IMG/VR virus record: IMGVR_UViG_3300014826_000003
Strand: one strand, 5' to 3'
Source: an uncultured virus (IMG/VR IMGVR_UViG_3300014826_000003)
Lineage: Duplodnaviria; Heunggongvirae; Uroviricota; Caudoviricetes
Length of the DNA stretch: 22,187 nt
The notes below the pieces were generated by a model. It saw nothing but the letters and a program-made list of their open reading frames with translations. It was not told the DNA's origin and searched no databases. The stretch's first letter is position 1, and each line of letters starts with the position of its first letter. A program made the position numbers and the translations under genes. This document shows, one piece after another, positions 7,375 to 16,023 of the stretch.

Positions 7375-9681
7375 ATGCGAACAAAGTATCATATCATAAA
7401 GAACTATCAAGAGCTGGACCAATTGATGGATGCTTGTATTAAGACTGGTTATGCTACAGTTGACTTTGAGACTAATGCACAACCACTCCATACAAAGCTT
7501 TTCAAACCAACTATCTTATCAGTAACCTTTCAACCAGGTTTTGGATGTTCAATACCTCTCGACCATCCGGAAACTAAGGATCATACTGATAGAGGTTGGA
7601 GATGGCAAACAGCTCTTAAGAGGTTCGGTAGAAAAGTCATAGAGAATCCAAAAGTAACTAAAGGAGCTTGGAATGCTAAGTTTGACTTTCAGATATTCAT
7701 GTTATACCATATCTACTATCGAGGTACGTTATTAGATGGTATGCTTGCTAAGTATATTCTTAATGAGGAGAGACCTCATGATCTGAAAGAAATGGTTAGA
7801 AGGTATATCCCAGAGGCGGCAGATTATGAATCCGATAAGGGCTTCGATAAGATACCTTGGGATAAGAAACCTCTTGATCTTCTCTGTAAATATGGATGTC
7901 AGGATACCGACTATACTCATAGGTTGATCATCTTCTTCGAGAAGAAGCTTATTGATTGCGGTCTGTATAGTTACTATAGGAACTTCACGATGTGTTGTTC
8001 AAGGGTACTTCAATCGGTAGAGTTTACTGGGTTATACTTGGATAAGAACTTTAACAGTAAGCTTTTGGAAGAGTATAAACCTAAGATTGATAAGGCTCGG
8101 GAAATTTGCTTATCTTCTCCGAAAGTACAAAAGGTAGAAAAAACTTTAAATCAGGCAAGGATAGACAAATATCTAGAAAAACTTTACCAAGAACTAGATG
8201 ATTTGGATGAAAATGATCCAAAAGATGCTAGAAAGATTGCTACTCGTAGGAATAAGATATCTAATATCAAAGCAGGTATCTTCACTACTAAAACTGAGAG
8301 AGAACTATGCAGACCGATCAATCTTGGTAGTCCAGTAGATTTACCTCAGTTGATGTATCTACACCCAAAAGGGTTCAAATTCCCTATCATTAAGTATATC
8401 GTCGATAAGAAAACCAAACAAGATACAGATAAGCCGAGTACTGATGAGGATACGCTGAAAGAACTTCGACTTAAGTATAAGGATCCTAATAATCCTAAAG
8501 CTGTCTTCTTGGATAACCTGTTAGAGTTACGAGGTTTGGAGAAGATGTATAAGACTTATATCCTTGGTTGGTCAGAAAAAGTCCAGGATGATAGTAGGTT
8601 ACACGGTAGGTATAATATACACGGAACCGACTCTCAACGATTCTCTTCTGCTGATCCAAATATGCAGCAGATACCAAAGACTACTGTAGACCCAAACATC
8701 AAGAAACAACTCATAGCTCCAAAAGGTCAGTTATATCTGGTATTTGACTACTCACAGGCTGAGTTAAGAATCATGGCTCACTTATCTGGTGATGAGACTT
8801 ATCTCAATGCTTTCAGAAATGGTGAAGATCCTCACTTAGCTATTGCTGCTAAGAAGTATGGAGTTAGTTATGCTGAAGCACTAGCTATTCAAGATGACGA
8901 TAACCATCCAGATCATAAACTGTGGAAGATCCGAAGGAAGCAAGCTAAACAACTTGCTTTCGGTCTTATCTATGGTATTGGTCCTGGACTACTTGCTGTA
9001 AAACTATCTGATCCTAAAGCTGGTATTATCGTAACTAAGGAAGAGGCTAAGCAACAGATGGATGAATACTTCCAGGAACATCCAAAGTTACAAACCTTCA
9101 AGGCTAAACAGGAAAGGTTCTTAAGGAAACATGGTTACTTAGTATCTCTCTTCGGAGCTAAGAGAAGGTTACCTCAGATATATTCTGATGATCAGCAGGA
9201 TGTAGCTTATGCTATCCGACTTGGTCTAAACTTCCCATGTCAATCTGCTGCAAGTTGTATGACAGCTTTTGGTTCAGTACTTCTATACTGGGCTATGCAC
9301 CAAGGTATATTCCCACTTATGAAGGAAGTAGCAACTGTACATGATGCTATCTACATGAACACAGACCCTCGTTGGATAAATACTTGGACTGTGTATAACT
9401 TCTGGGAAATACTACGTAATCCAAGTACCAAGAAATACTTCGGTTTCCAGATTAAGGATGTAGATATGGATATGGACTTTACTATCGGTAGGTCTATGGC
9501 TGAAGAATTACCTTTCATACCTGGGTACGATTACAATAAGATGTTAGACCCAAACTTCTCGGTTGAAGAATATCTTGAGGAACATAAGAAGTACAAAGGT
9601 ATTCATATCAAAGATTTCCCAAAACATTTCGGTAAACAGATTAAGCAATATGAAAAAGATTTTAAGAAGTGGCACTCGTAA
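7375..9681 (+). CDS. polA: Family A DNA polymerase with 3'-5' exonuclease domain
   Basis: ExoI DFET, ExoII NAKFD, ExoIII YGCQD; motif A DYSQAELR, motif B RKQAKQLAFGLIYG, motif C TVHDA. Start moved to ATG 7375 because the track's TTG at 7342 lies inside the hairpin. Confidence 0.95.
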   Translation: MRTKYHIIKNYQELDQLMDACIKTGYATVDFETNAQPLHTKLFKPTILSVTFQPGFGCSIPLDHPETKDHTDRGWRWQTALKRFGRKVIENPKVTKGAWNAKFDFQIFMLYHIYYRGTLLDGMLAKYILNEERPHDLKEMVRRYIPEAADYESDKGFDKIPWDKKPLDLLCKYGCQDTDYTHRLIIFFEKKLIDCGLYSYYRNFTMCCSRVLQSVEFTGLYLDKNFNSKLLEEYKPKIDKAREICLSSPKVQKVEKTLNQARIDKYLEKLYQELDDLDENDPKDARKIATRRNKISNIKAGIFTTKTERELCRPINLGSPVDLPQLMYLHPKGFKFPIIKYIVDKKTKQDTDKPSTDEDTLKELRLKYKDPNNPKAVFLDNLLELRGLEKMYKTYILGWSEKVQDDSRLHGRYNIHGTDSQRFSSADPNMQQIPKTTVDPNIKKQLIAPKGQLYLVFDYSQAELRIMAHLSGDETYLNAFRNGEDPHLAIAAKKYGVSYAEALAIQDDDNHPDHKLWKIRRKQAKQLAFGLIYGIGPGLLAVKLSDPKAGIIVTKEEAKQQMDEYFQEHPKLQTFKAKQERFLRKHGYLVSLFGAKRRLPQIYSDDQQDVAYAIRLGLNFPCQSAASCMTAFGSVLLYWAMHQGIFPLMKEVATVHDAIYMNTDPRWINTWTVYNFWEILRNPSTKKYFGFQIKDVDMDMDFTIGRSMAEELPFIPGYDYNKMLDPNFSVEEYLEEHKKYKGIHIKDFPKHFGKQIKQYEKDFKKWHS

Positions 9682-9874
9682 CCTACCTGCTAAATGGATA
9701 GGTAATTGTCCAAGCTGTGGTTGTCAATTCGAGTACGACCGTTCAGATTTGGTTTACTCTGATACTTTTAAACAGATGCCCCTATATGTAGAATGCCCAG
9801 AATGTCATCAACACTTAAGACACTCTGATCAAACTCGATGCTCAATGGATAAAGTCAGCACTATTCAAGCATAA
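9650..9874 (+). CDS. Small zinc-ribbon protein (74 aa)
   Basis: CPSC...CPEC pair. ATG at 9650 (MKKILRSG) is more plausible than the TTG start at 9563. Confidence 0.7.
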   Translation: MKKILRSGTRNLPAKWIGNCPSCGCQFEYDRSDLVYSDTFKQMPLYVECPECHQHLRHSDQTRCSMDKVSTIQA

Positions 9875-9889
9875 TAAATCTAAATAAAT

Positions 9890-10450
9890 ATGGATAGTAA
9901 AATTAAAACCCCAGACCTAACAGAGGCTGCTGTAGCTGAGTTTAGAGCTGATGCTAATCGCAAGGTAAATCTGACTTACTTAATTGCTGGTGCTTATGTA
10001 CAGGCTTTAGAGATGACAGAGAAGGCTATGGACTTTTCTAATCTTGAGTTAGTACAAAGAGATAAACAGTTGGTAAAGAGGATCCAACAAATGAGCAAAG
10101 GTATCATCAATCTCATCGAAGACTTACAGGAAGGTTCGGTACTCCAGATGTCGGCAGAAGATACACTGGTACATGAGAATACCTTGCACATGTTCTTCGC
10201 TTTGTTCATGACTATCGTTAGTAGAGCTGGTATAGATAAGTATTCGGATTTAAGATTATATAATCTGTATAATATCATAACTAGCTACCCAGCTTTGGTA
10301 GACTTTAAGTTCTTCGAGTCTAAGGATCACATGGCTTTTGCCATACTTAGGGATCAGATAGCTAATGACCCTAACATGACCGAGGACTCTCAAGGTAATA
10401 TATTGGTAACTGTTGACGGTAAGAAGAAACAAATACTGATTAAGAAATGA
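9890..10450 (+). CDS. Hypothetical protein (186 aa)
   Basis: A-rich leader; ATGA overlap with the next gene. Confidence 0.75.
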   Translation: MDSKIKTPDLTEAAVAEFRADANRKVNLTYLIAGAYVQALEMTEKAMDFSNLELVQRDKQLVKRIQQMSKGIINLIEDLQEGSVLQMSAEDTLVHENTLHMFFALFMTIVSRAGIDKYSDLRLYNLYNIITSYPALVDFKFFESKDHMAFAILRDQIANDPNMTEDSQGNILVTVDGKKKQILIKK

Positions 10451-10863
10451 ACATCGATATCAAACCAATCAAGGTAAAATATCAAGGTAAGGTTATTACT
10501 CTGGATATTGCTAAGGAGTTGAGTATAAACCAAAATAAGCTCGATTCTCAGCTTAGAGAAATACCTTCTAGTTATTATATCTTATGTAATCTAAGAGATA
10601 AAGCAATTAGAAAGCGAGATACACTAGCAAGGCAAAGGGACGAAGCCTATAGCAAAGCTTGGACCTACTATAAAGACTGCAATCCAAGTTGGAATAATGA
10701 TTACGTATCAAACAAGGCCGTAACGAATAATAAGTACGTATCCTTATATAATAGGTATTTAAAAGCCGCAGAGAAAGCTTCTAGTTTTATATCTATCTGT
10801 CGAGCTTATGAAAGTAAGGAAAACATACTTCGTACGTTGTCTGCCAATCTAAGACGACAGTAG
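10447..10863 (+). CDS. UvsY-like recombination mediator
   Basis: 138 aa helical protein with the ELSINQNKLDSQLREIPSSY pattern of T4 UvsY-like proteins; lies near SSB and RecA. Confidence 0.55.
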   Translation: MNIDIKPIKVKYQGKVITLDIAKELSINQNKLDSQLREIPSSYYILCNLRDKAIRKRDTLARQRDEAYSKAWTYYKDCNPSWNNDYVSNKAVTNNKYVSLYNRYLKAAEKASSFISICRAYESKENILRTLSANLRRQ

Positions 10864-10908
10864 GATTACTATTGAAATATACAACGTTTAATTATAAAGA
10901 ACAGACAA

Positions 10909-11307
10909 ATGATTTTTACACATCTACCATTCGTCTCTGAACTGGTTGCTCAACAGTTTAGAGAAGCAATCCTTACTATAGGAGGTAAGGTTGCAGAAGA
11001 TCGAGTACTAGTACTATCACCAAAAGCTCAGGATGAGAAAATCGGTAGTATCATTATCCCTGGAAACAAGGAGAATATGCCACGTGAAGGCGTAGCTATC
11101 TTGGCTGGAGAACTTTCCGAGGAGAATAAGACTTACCGAGATTTGATCCAGGTTGGTCAGGTGATTACTTATGGTTTGTATGCCGGTAAAGAGATCGTAT
11201 TTGATCCGGCTATCTTCCCAGAAGGTCTTCGATCTTTGTTAGACCGTCACGATTTTACGGTCCTGAGTATTACAGAGATCGTATTTAGTAAGAATAACCC
11301 AATGTAA
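10909..11307 (+). CDS. GroES-like co-chaperonin
   Basis: DRVLV, mobile loop KIGSIIIPG, VGQVITYGLYAGKEI. Confidence 0.75.
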   Translation: MIFTHLPFVSELVAQQFREAILTIGGKVAEDRVLVLSPKAQDEKIGSIIIPGNKENMPREGVAILAGELSEENKTYRDLIQVGQVITYGLYAGKEIVFDPAIFPEGLRSLLDRHDFTVLSITEIVFSKNNPM

Positions 11308-11317
11308 CGTTACAATT

Positions 11318-12130
11318 ATGGCAAAAGACAAAGACAAGAAAAAGAAGAAACTCTCTGACAGTGGCATGACCACCAGAGAGAAAATGCTAGCAAGAAAGAA
11401 GAAGCTGGCAGAGAAAGCTTCAGGTAATGGATTTGTATTCCCAAAGAACGGTACTACTCGAGTACGTCTGTTGAGTCCAGGTCCAACTGAAGAGTTAGGT
11501 ATCGAAGTTATACGCTTCTACTTAGGTGATCACTCAGTATATTCACCGGCTACTTTCGATGAGCCTTGTCCTTTTATGGAGAAGTACCAAGAGCTCAACA
11601 GTTCTAAGGATGAGGACGATAAGAAGTTGGCGAAGAAACTGGTTCCTTCTCGTCGTTACGTAGTAGCAGGTATCATCTTCAAGGATGACAAGGGTAGAGA
11701 GATGGACTACGACGGTAAACCTCGTGGAATTATGGTTCCATCATCTGTTTACCAGGACATCGTTGAACTTTACCTCGATGAGGATGAAGCTGGCGATATG
11801 ACCGATCCTAAGAACGGCTACGATATTAAGATCGAACGTACAGGTACTGGTCAGTATGACACTTCTTATTCAGTTCGTAACTGTAAACCTACAAAGATGG
11901 ACAAGAAGCTCCTCAAGGTAGTTGATCTTCAGGAGATCGTCAGATCACAGATTAAGTCTTACGACGAGCTGGAGGAGGAATTGAATAACTTCCTAAACAA
12001 CGTCTCCGATGATGATGACGATGACGACGAGCTAAAGAAGAAATCTAAGGGCAAGAAAAAAGACAAGAAGTCCAAGGATAAAAAGAAGGATAAAAAGAAG
12101 GACAAGAAGAAACGTCATGGCGACATCTAA
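11318..12130 (+). CDS. Single-stranded DNA-binding protein (gp32-like)
   Basis: GTTRVRLL, EPCPFME, DMTDPKNGYDIKIERTGTGQYDTSY, acidic tract near the C-terminus; lies upstream of recA. Confidence 0.75.
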   Translation: MAKDKDKKKKKLSDSGMTTREKMLARKKKLAEKASGNGFVFPKNGTTRVRLLSPGPTEELGIEVIRFYLGDHSVYSPATFDEPCPFMEKYQELNSSKDEDDKKLAKKLVPSRRYVVAGIIFKDDKGREMDYDGKPRGIMVPSSVYQDIVELYLDEDEAGDMTDPKNGYDIKIERTGTGQYDTSYSVRNCKPTKMDKKLLKVVDLQEIVRSQIKSYDELEEELNNFLNNVSDDDDDDDELKKKSKGKKKDKKSKDKKKDKKKDKKKRHGDI

Positions 12131-12181
12131 GGCGTACCTCTAATTAAGATATGTTCATACGATGTTTTATAAGTTGTTCAC

Positions 12182-12215
12182 AGGGAGGTAGTCTACGGGC
12201 TGCTTCCCTATTTTT
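12182..12215 (+). terminator. Intrinsic terminator with a cUACGg tetraloop
   Basis: AGGGAGGTAGTC-TACG-GGCTGCTTCCCT forms a 12-bp stem with G-U pairs, followed by ATTTTT. Confidence 0.85.
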
Positions 12216-12230
12216 ATTTATACAGACACT

Positions 12231-13361
12231 ATGGCAAGAAAGAAGATAAAAGTTCCAAGCTTACGGGACATACAGAAAAAATATCCTGGCCAGTACATTG
12301 CTTCTCAGGTAGACGAGAGTAGGATGCCGTGGCTTCCCTCTAGATGCTTGGCTCTTAACAAGGTAATGGGTGGTGGTATACCATTCGGAAAGATCCTTGA
12401 GCTATTCGGGGAAGAATCATCAGGTAAATCTCTACTGGCTTATGACTTCGCATACTGTGCTCAGTACCTGGATGGAGTAGTTCTATGGGTAGATGCTGAG
12501 CAATCATTTACAAATGCTTGGGCAGAAACTAATGGCTTAGACCTGTCAAGGGTAGTAGTATACCGAGAGACTTCTATAGAGAAGATCTCTGACTGGATAG
12601 CTATGCAAGCTCTGTATTGGAGATCTCAACTAACTCATAATGAGCCTATACTATTGGTATTAGATTCTATATCGGCATTAGATACCGACCAGAACATTGA
12701 TTCTCAGATGGACGGAGCTTCTGCCGATATGGGTAACCGAGCTAAGGCTATCTACAAGTACTTTAGGATTCGTAATGAGATGTTATACTCTTTGGGTATC
12801 ACTCAGGTATACATCAACCAGTTACGTAAGAATCTTAAAGCTGGTATGTTCGAGGATCCCGATACTACTCCTGGAGGTAAGGCTTTGGCATTCTATGCTC
12901 ATATCCGTATCGGTATGTACGGTGGTAAGCAGATCACCAAAAAGATCAATGGTAAAGAGAGGAAGATAGGTAGAGTAACTTCAATTCGAACTAAAAAGAA
13001 TAAGGTTGCTCCTCCTGGACCTACTCTAAAGGGTACACCTATCTACAACAACAGTAAGTATGTTGAGGTAGGTATAGACAGATTACACTTCCTCGATGAG
13101 ATCCTCATAGAAGAGGAGGTTGTAGAGAAGAGTAAAGCTGGTGTATTTACATTTAAGGGTAATACCTTATGTAGGGGAGCTGAGAAATTTACTAAACTAT
13201 TAGAGGATGACGATGACCTTCGTAGAAAGTTAATTAAGAAAGCTCATATAAATACTCTCGGTACTACTAAGAAGTTACTAGACAGTTTAGATACTAACCT
13301 ATTCCCAATCGACGAAATAGAGGGCGATTATGAAGAAGAAAACGAAGAAGAAGACGAATAA
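12231..13361 (+). CDS. recA: RecA/UvsX recombinase
   Basis: GGGIPFGKILELFGEESSGKS, WVDAEQS, LVLDSISAL, INQLR, TTPGGKALAFYA, KNKVAPP. Confidence 0.95.
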   Translation: MARKKIKVPSLRDIQKKYPGQYIASQVDESRMPWLPSRCLALNKVMGGGIPFGKILELFGEESSGKSLLAYDFAYCAQYLDGVVLWVDAEQSFTNAWAETNGLDLSRVVVYRETSIEKISDWIAMQALYWRSQLTHNEPILLVLDSISALDTDQNIDSQMDGASADMGNRAKAIYKYFRIRNEMLYSLGITQVYINQLRKNLKAGMFEDPDTTPGGKALAFYAHIRIGMYGGKQITKKINGKERKIGRVTSIRTKKNKVAPPGPTLKGTPIYNNSKYVEVGIDRLHFLDEILIEEEVVEKSKAGVFTFKGNTLCRGAEKFTKLLEDDDDLRRKLIKKAHINTLGTTKKLLDSLDTNLFPIDEIEGDYEEENEEEDE

Positions 13362-14283
13362 GGAACAGAAATCCTATCTACTTATAGATGGTGAAGGTCT
13401 GTTACACCAATCCTTTCATAAGTTCTCTAATCTTATGAGTAGGAAGGCTGTACCAACTGGAGCAATCTTCGGATTCTTTAAATCACTTCACCATTATATG
13501 TATAGGTTTCAGTGTAACGATGTATATGTGGTTTTTGATAATGGCCATTCTAAACATCGTGATAGTTTACTGCCTACCTACAAGGAGCATCGTAAGAGGG
13601 TTGATATTGATTATGAATCCTTACAGGCTCAGAAGAAAAAGATTATGGCAGTTTGCAGGATGCTAAGAATTAAATATATCTTCGATAAAGAAAAATCTTG
13701 TAATTATGAAGGTGATGACTTCTTGGCATACCTAACTCTTAAATACTTACCCCGGAAAAGTAAGATTGTAATTGTTACTGCTGATAAGGACTTCAACCAA
13801 TTACTTAGAGGCCAGACAGTAAAGATCTTCAATCCTCGTAAGGATCAGTTGATATTTGAATCCAACTGTAAGACTATCTATGGTTACAAATCTTCTGAGA
13901 CTGTAGACTGGCTTTCACTGATTGGAGATACTTCAGATGATATTCCTGGGTATAAGGGTATAGGAGAGAAGAAGGCTAGGCAATTCTTAGATACATATGG
14001 TTCAATAGAGGCTTACTTAGTCCAGGATCAATGTCTATCTGACGATAAGGGTCATACTAAGATGTTGGAGGTTTATAACCGTAACAAACAACTGATTGAT
14101 CTGAAGTGGTATGTAAATAATATTAAGCTTGATAAGCTTCCTCTTAAAGACTACAAGGATTCAGTGATCCAAGAGAAGAAATTAAAGAAATTCTCAGACG
14201 AACACAACCTTGATTCGTTCAATACTGATATATTCAAAAGAACTTTTATAGAACAACTAGAAGGATGGAAAACAAACGACTAA
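13330..14283 (+). CDS. 5'-3' exonuclease/flap endonuclease (PolI N-terminal/T4 RNase H-like)
   Basis: LLIDG, VVFD, YKEHR, EGDD, TADKDFNQL, LIGDTSDDIPGYKGIGEKKA (H3TH). Confidence 0.92.
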   Translation: MKKKTKKKTNKEQKSYLLIDGEGLLHQSFHKFSNLMSRKAVPTGAIFGFFKSLHHYMYRFQCNDVYVVFDNGHSKHRDSLLPTYKEHRKRVDIDYESLQAQKKKIMAVCRMLRIKYIFDKEKSCNYEGDDFLAYLTLKYLPRKSKIVIVTADKDFNQLLRGQTVKIFNPRKDQLIFESNCKTIYGYKSSETVDWLSLIGDTSDDIPGYKGIGEKKARQFLDTYGSIEAYLVQDQCLSDDKGHTKMLEVYNRNKQLIDLKWYVNNIKLDKLPLKDYKDSVIQEKKLKKFSDEHNLDSFNTDIFKRTFIEQLEGWKTND

Positions 14284-15011
14284 ACATTATGTTTGCTGGC
14301 GCCAGTGGTGTTGGTAAAACAACTTCTGCTAAAGCTGTAGAAGACAGTTCATGTACGAATTGGACTCCAGATGATGCAGAGTTCTCTATACCTTTTGTAT
14401 CTGGTTCTGTATCTGATCTTCTACCTAAAACTAAAGACATGCCCCATGCTGACATGTTAGCAAGAGATCCTAAAGATCTGTATATGGAAGATTATCAGAT
14501 ACTTAATCTGAGACAGAAGTTATTTAGAGAACAGATTGAGAAAAGTGGTAACTTCGTATCAGACCGGTCTTTCTTAGATTCGGCTGCTTACTTCTTATAT
14601 AAGCAAGCAGATAAGATACCGGCTTGTGAGGTAGAAGCTTTCTTGGGTCTCTGTAAGCAGTTAACTAATACTTACTGTACTCACCTGATACTATTCGATT
14701 TCAATGTAGATATGCTACACGAGTGGAACACTGAAGATAACGGTAAACGTATCAGGAGTAACTACTTCCAGATGGAGATCACTACTATCATGAAGATGGT
14801 CCTTGATATATGGGGTATAACTTGTTTAGGTTTCCCTATCAATAGATTAGCTGGTGGAGGTTGGTTTAAACAAGATAACCTCCTGGACTATGGAGCAGAG
14901 AAATATCTTATCTCAAGTATCTATGGTCAAACTAAGGTACTACTCTGTAAAGAGGTAAATAGAGAAATACGTAACAAACTTATTTGGCAGTTTATACATG
15001 GCAAAATCTAA
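14265..15011 (+). CDS. P-loop deoxynucleoside monophosphate kinase-like protein
   Basis: N-terminal GASGVGKTT and FVSDRSFLDSAAY (the DR motif of TMK/AAA_28-like kinases). Confidence 0.75.
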   Translation: MENKRLNIMFAGASGVGKTTSAKAVEDSSCTNWTPDDAEFSIPFVSGSVSDLLPKTKDMPHADMLARDPKDLYMEDYQILNLRQKLFREQIEKSGNFVSDRSFLDSAAYFLYKQADKIPACEVEAFLGLCKQLTNTYCTHLILFDFNVDMLHEWNTEDNGKRIRSNYFQMEITTIMKMVLDIWGITCLGFPINRLAGGGWFKQDNLLDYGAEKYLISSIYGQTKVLLCKEVNREIRNKLIWQFIHGKI

Positions 15012-16023
15012 AAAACTTATGGCAATAGTCTTCTCAGATTTACACCTGAATCTATGGTCTAAATTCAATGAAGATCTTCAGAGGACTAAGGTAGGTTTTA
15101 AGGTACTGCACCATATAGCCGAGATCTGTTGTAAAAAACAGGTCCCGGCTTTGTTTTGTGGAGACCTTTTTCATAAACCCGAGGCTTTGGATCAAGATGT
15201 AGCTTTGATTATGAAAGAACATCTGGACGAGTTCTACTACAAGTATCCTCATTTTAAGGTCTATGCTATCGAAGGTAATCATGATCTTAAACATAAGAAC
15301 GTTCTTAACCCCAATGACCCAAATGATCGTTCAACTCTAACCAAAGGTTGGATATCTTTCTTCGAGAACGACAGAGGTAATCATTCTACCTTTACTGTTC
15401 TCTCTCCAAAAACACCTGCTGCTATGCTGGGTGTAGGTACTGACTGTATGGTACATGGTGTACCTTATTTGGATCATAACATAGGTTTAACTCAGTATGT
15501 AAAAACTCTCAAACTAATGGAAGGCTATAAGCATATCCTTCTGTTACATACTGACTACCCAGGAGCTCAGGATACGGACGGTAGACCAGTAGATTCTGTA
15601 GAGAACCTAAATATGAATGTTCTTAATCGATTTGATCTGGTACTTTGTGGGCATATTCATAAACCCCAGAGACTGGGTAAGAAGGTATACATGATCGGAG
15701 CTCCCTACCAACAACGTCGTACAGATAAAAACTGTAAGATGGGCTATTGGAAACTTTACTCTGACCTATCGATGAAGTTTGTACCTTTGAAAGGTTATCC
15801 TAAGTTTATCGACGTAGATAGCCAAGATGAGGTTAAGGATGATGGCAATTACTATACAGTAATTCCTCAGAAAGCTAGTGTAGAAGAAGTAGTTAAACAT
15901 AAAATTACTAAGCAGCTTTCTAAAAAGAAGCTAGCTAAACGCTATATGAAGACCAAAGGTATCAGCGATAAGAACAAAGAGAGTTTATTGATTAAGGTAT
16001 TAGAAAAATCTGAAGACTTATGA
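14998..16023 (+). CDS. SbcD/Mre11-like metallophosphoesterase nuclease
   Basis: SDLH, GDLFH, GNHD, LLLH, GHIH. Confidence 0.9.
   Translation: MAKSKKLMAIVFSDLHLNLWSKFNEDLQRTKVGFKVLHHIAEICCKKQVPALFCGDLFHKPEALDQDVALIMKEHLDEFYYKYPHFKVYAIEGNHDLKHKNVLNPNDPNDRSTLTKGWISFFENDRGNHSTFTVLSPKTPAAMLGVGTDCMVHGVPYLDHNIGLTQYVKTLKLMEGYKHILLLHTDYPGAQDTDGRPVDSVENLNMNVLNRFDLVLCGHIHKPQRLGKKVYMIGAPYQQRRTDKNCKMGYWKLYSDLSMKFVPLKGYPKFIDVDSQDEVKDDGNYYTVIPQKASVEEVVKHKITKQLSKKKLAKRYMKTKGISDKNKESLLIKVLEKSEDL

Noticed and set aside
7375..13361. Inteins or introns in polA or recA
   Set aside because: Lengths and motif spacing are ordinary, with no intein splice motifs or interrupted frames seen.
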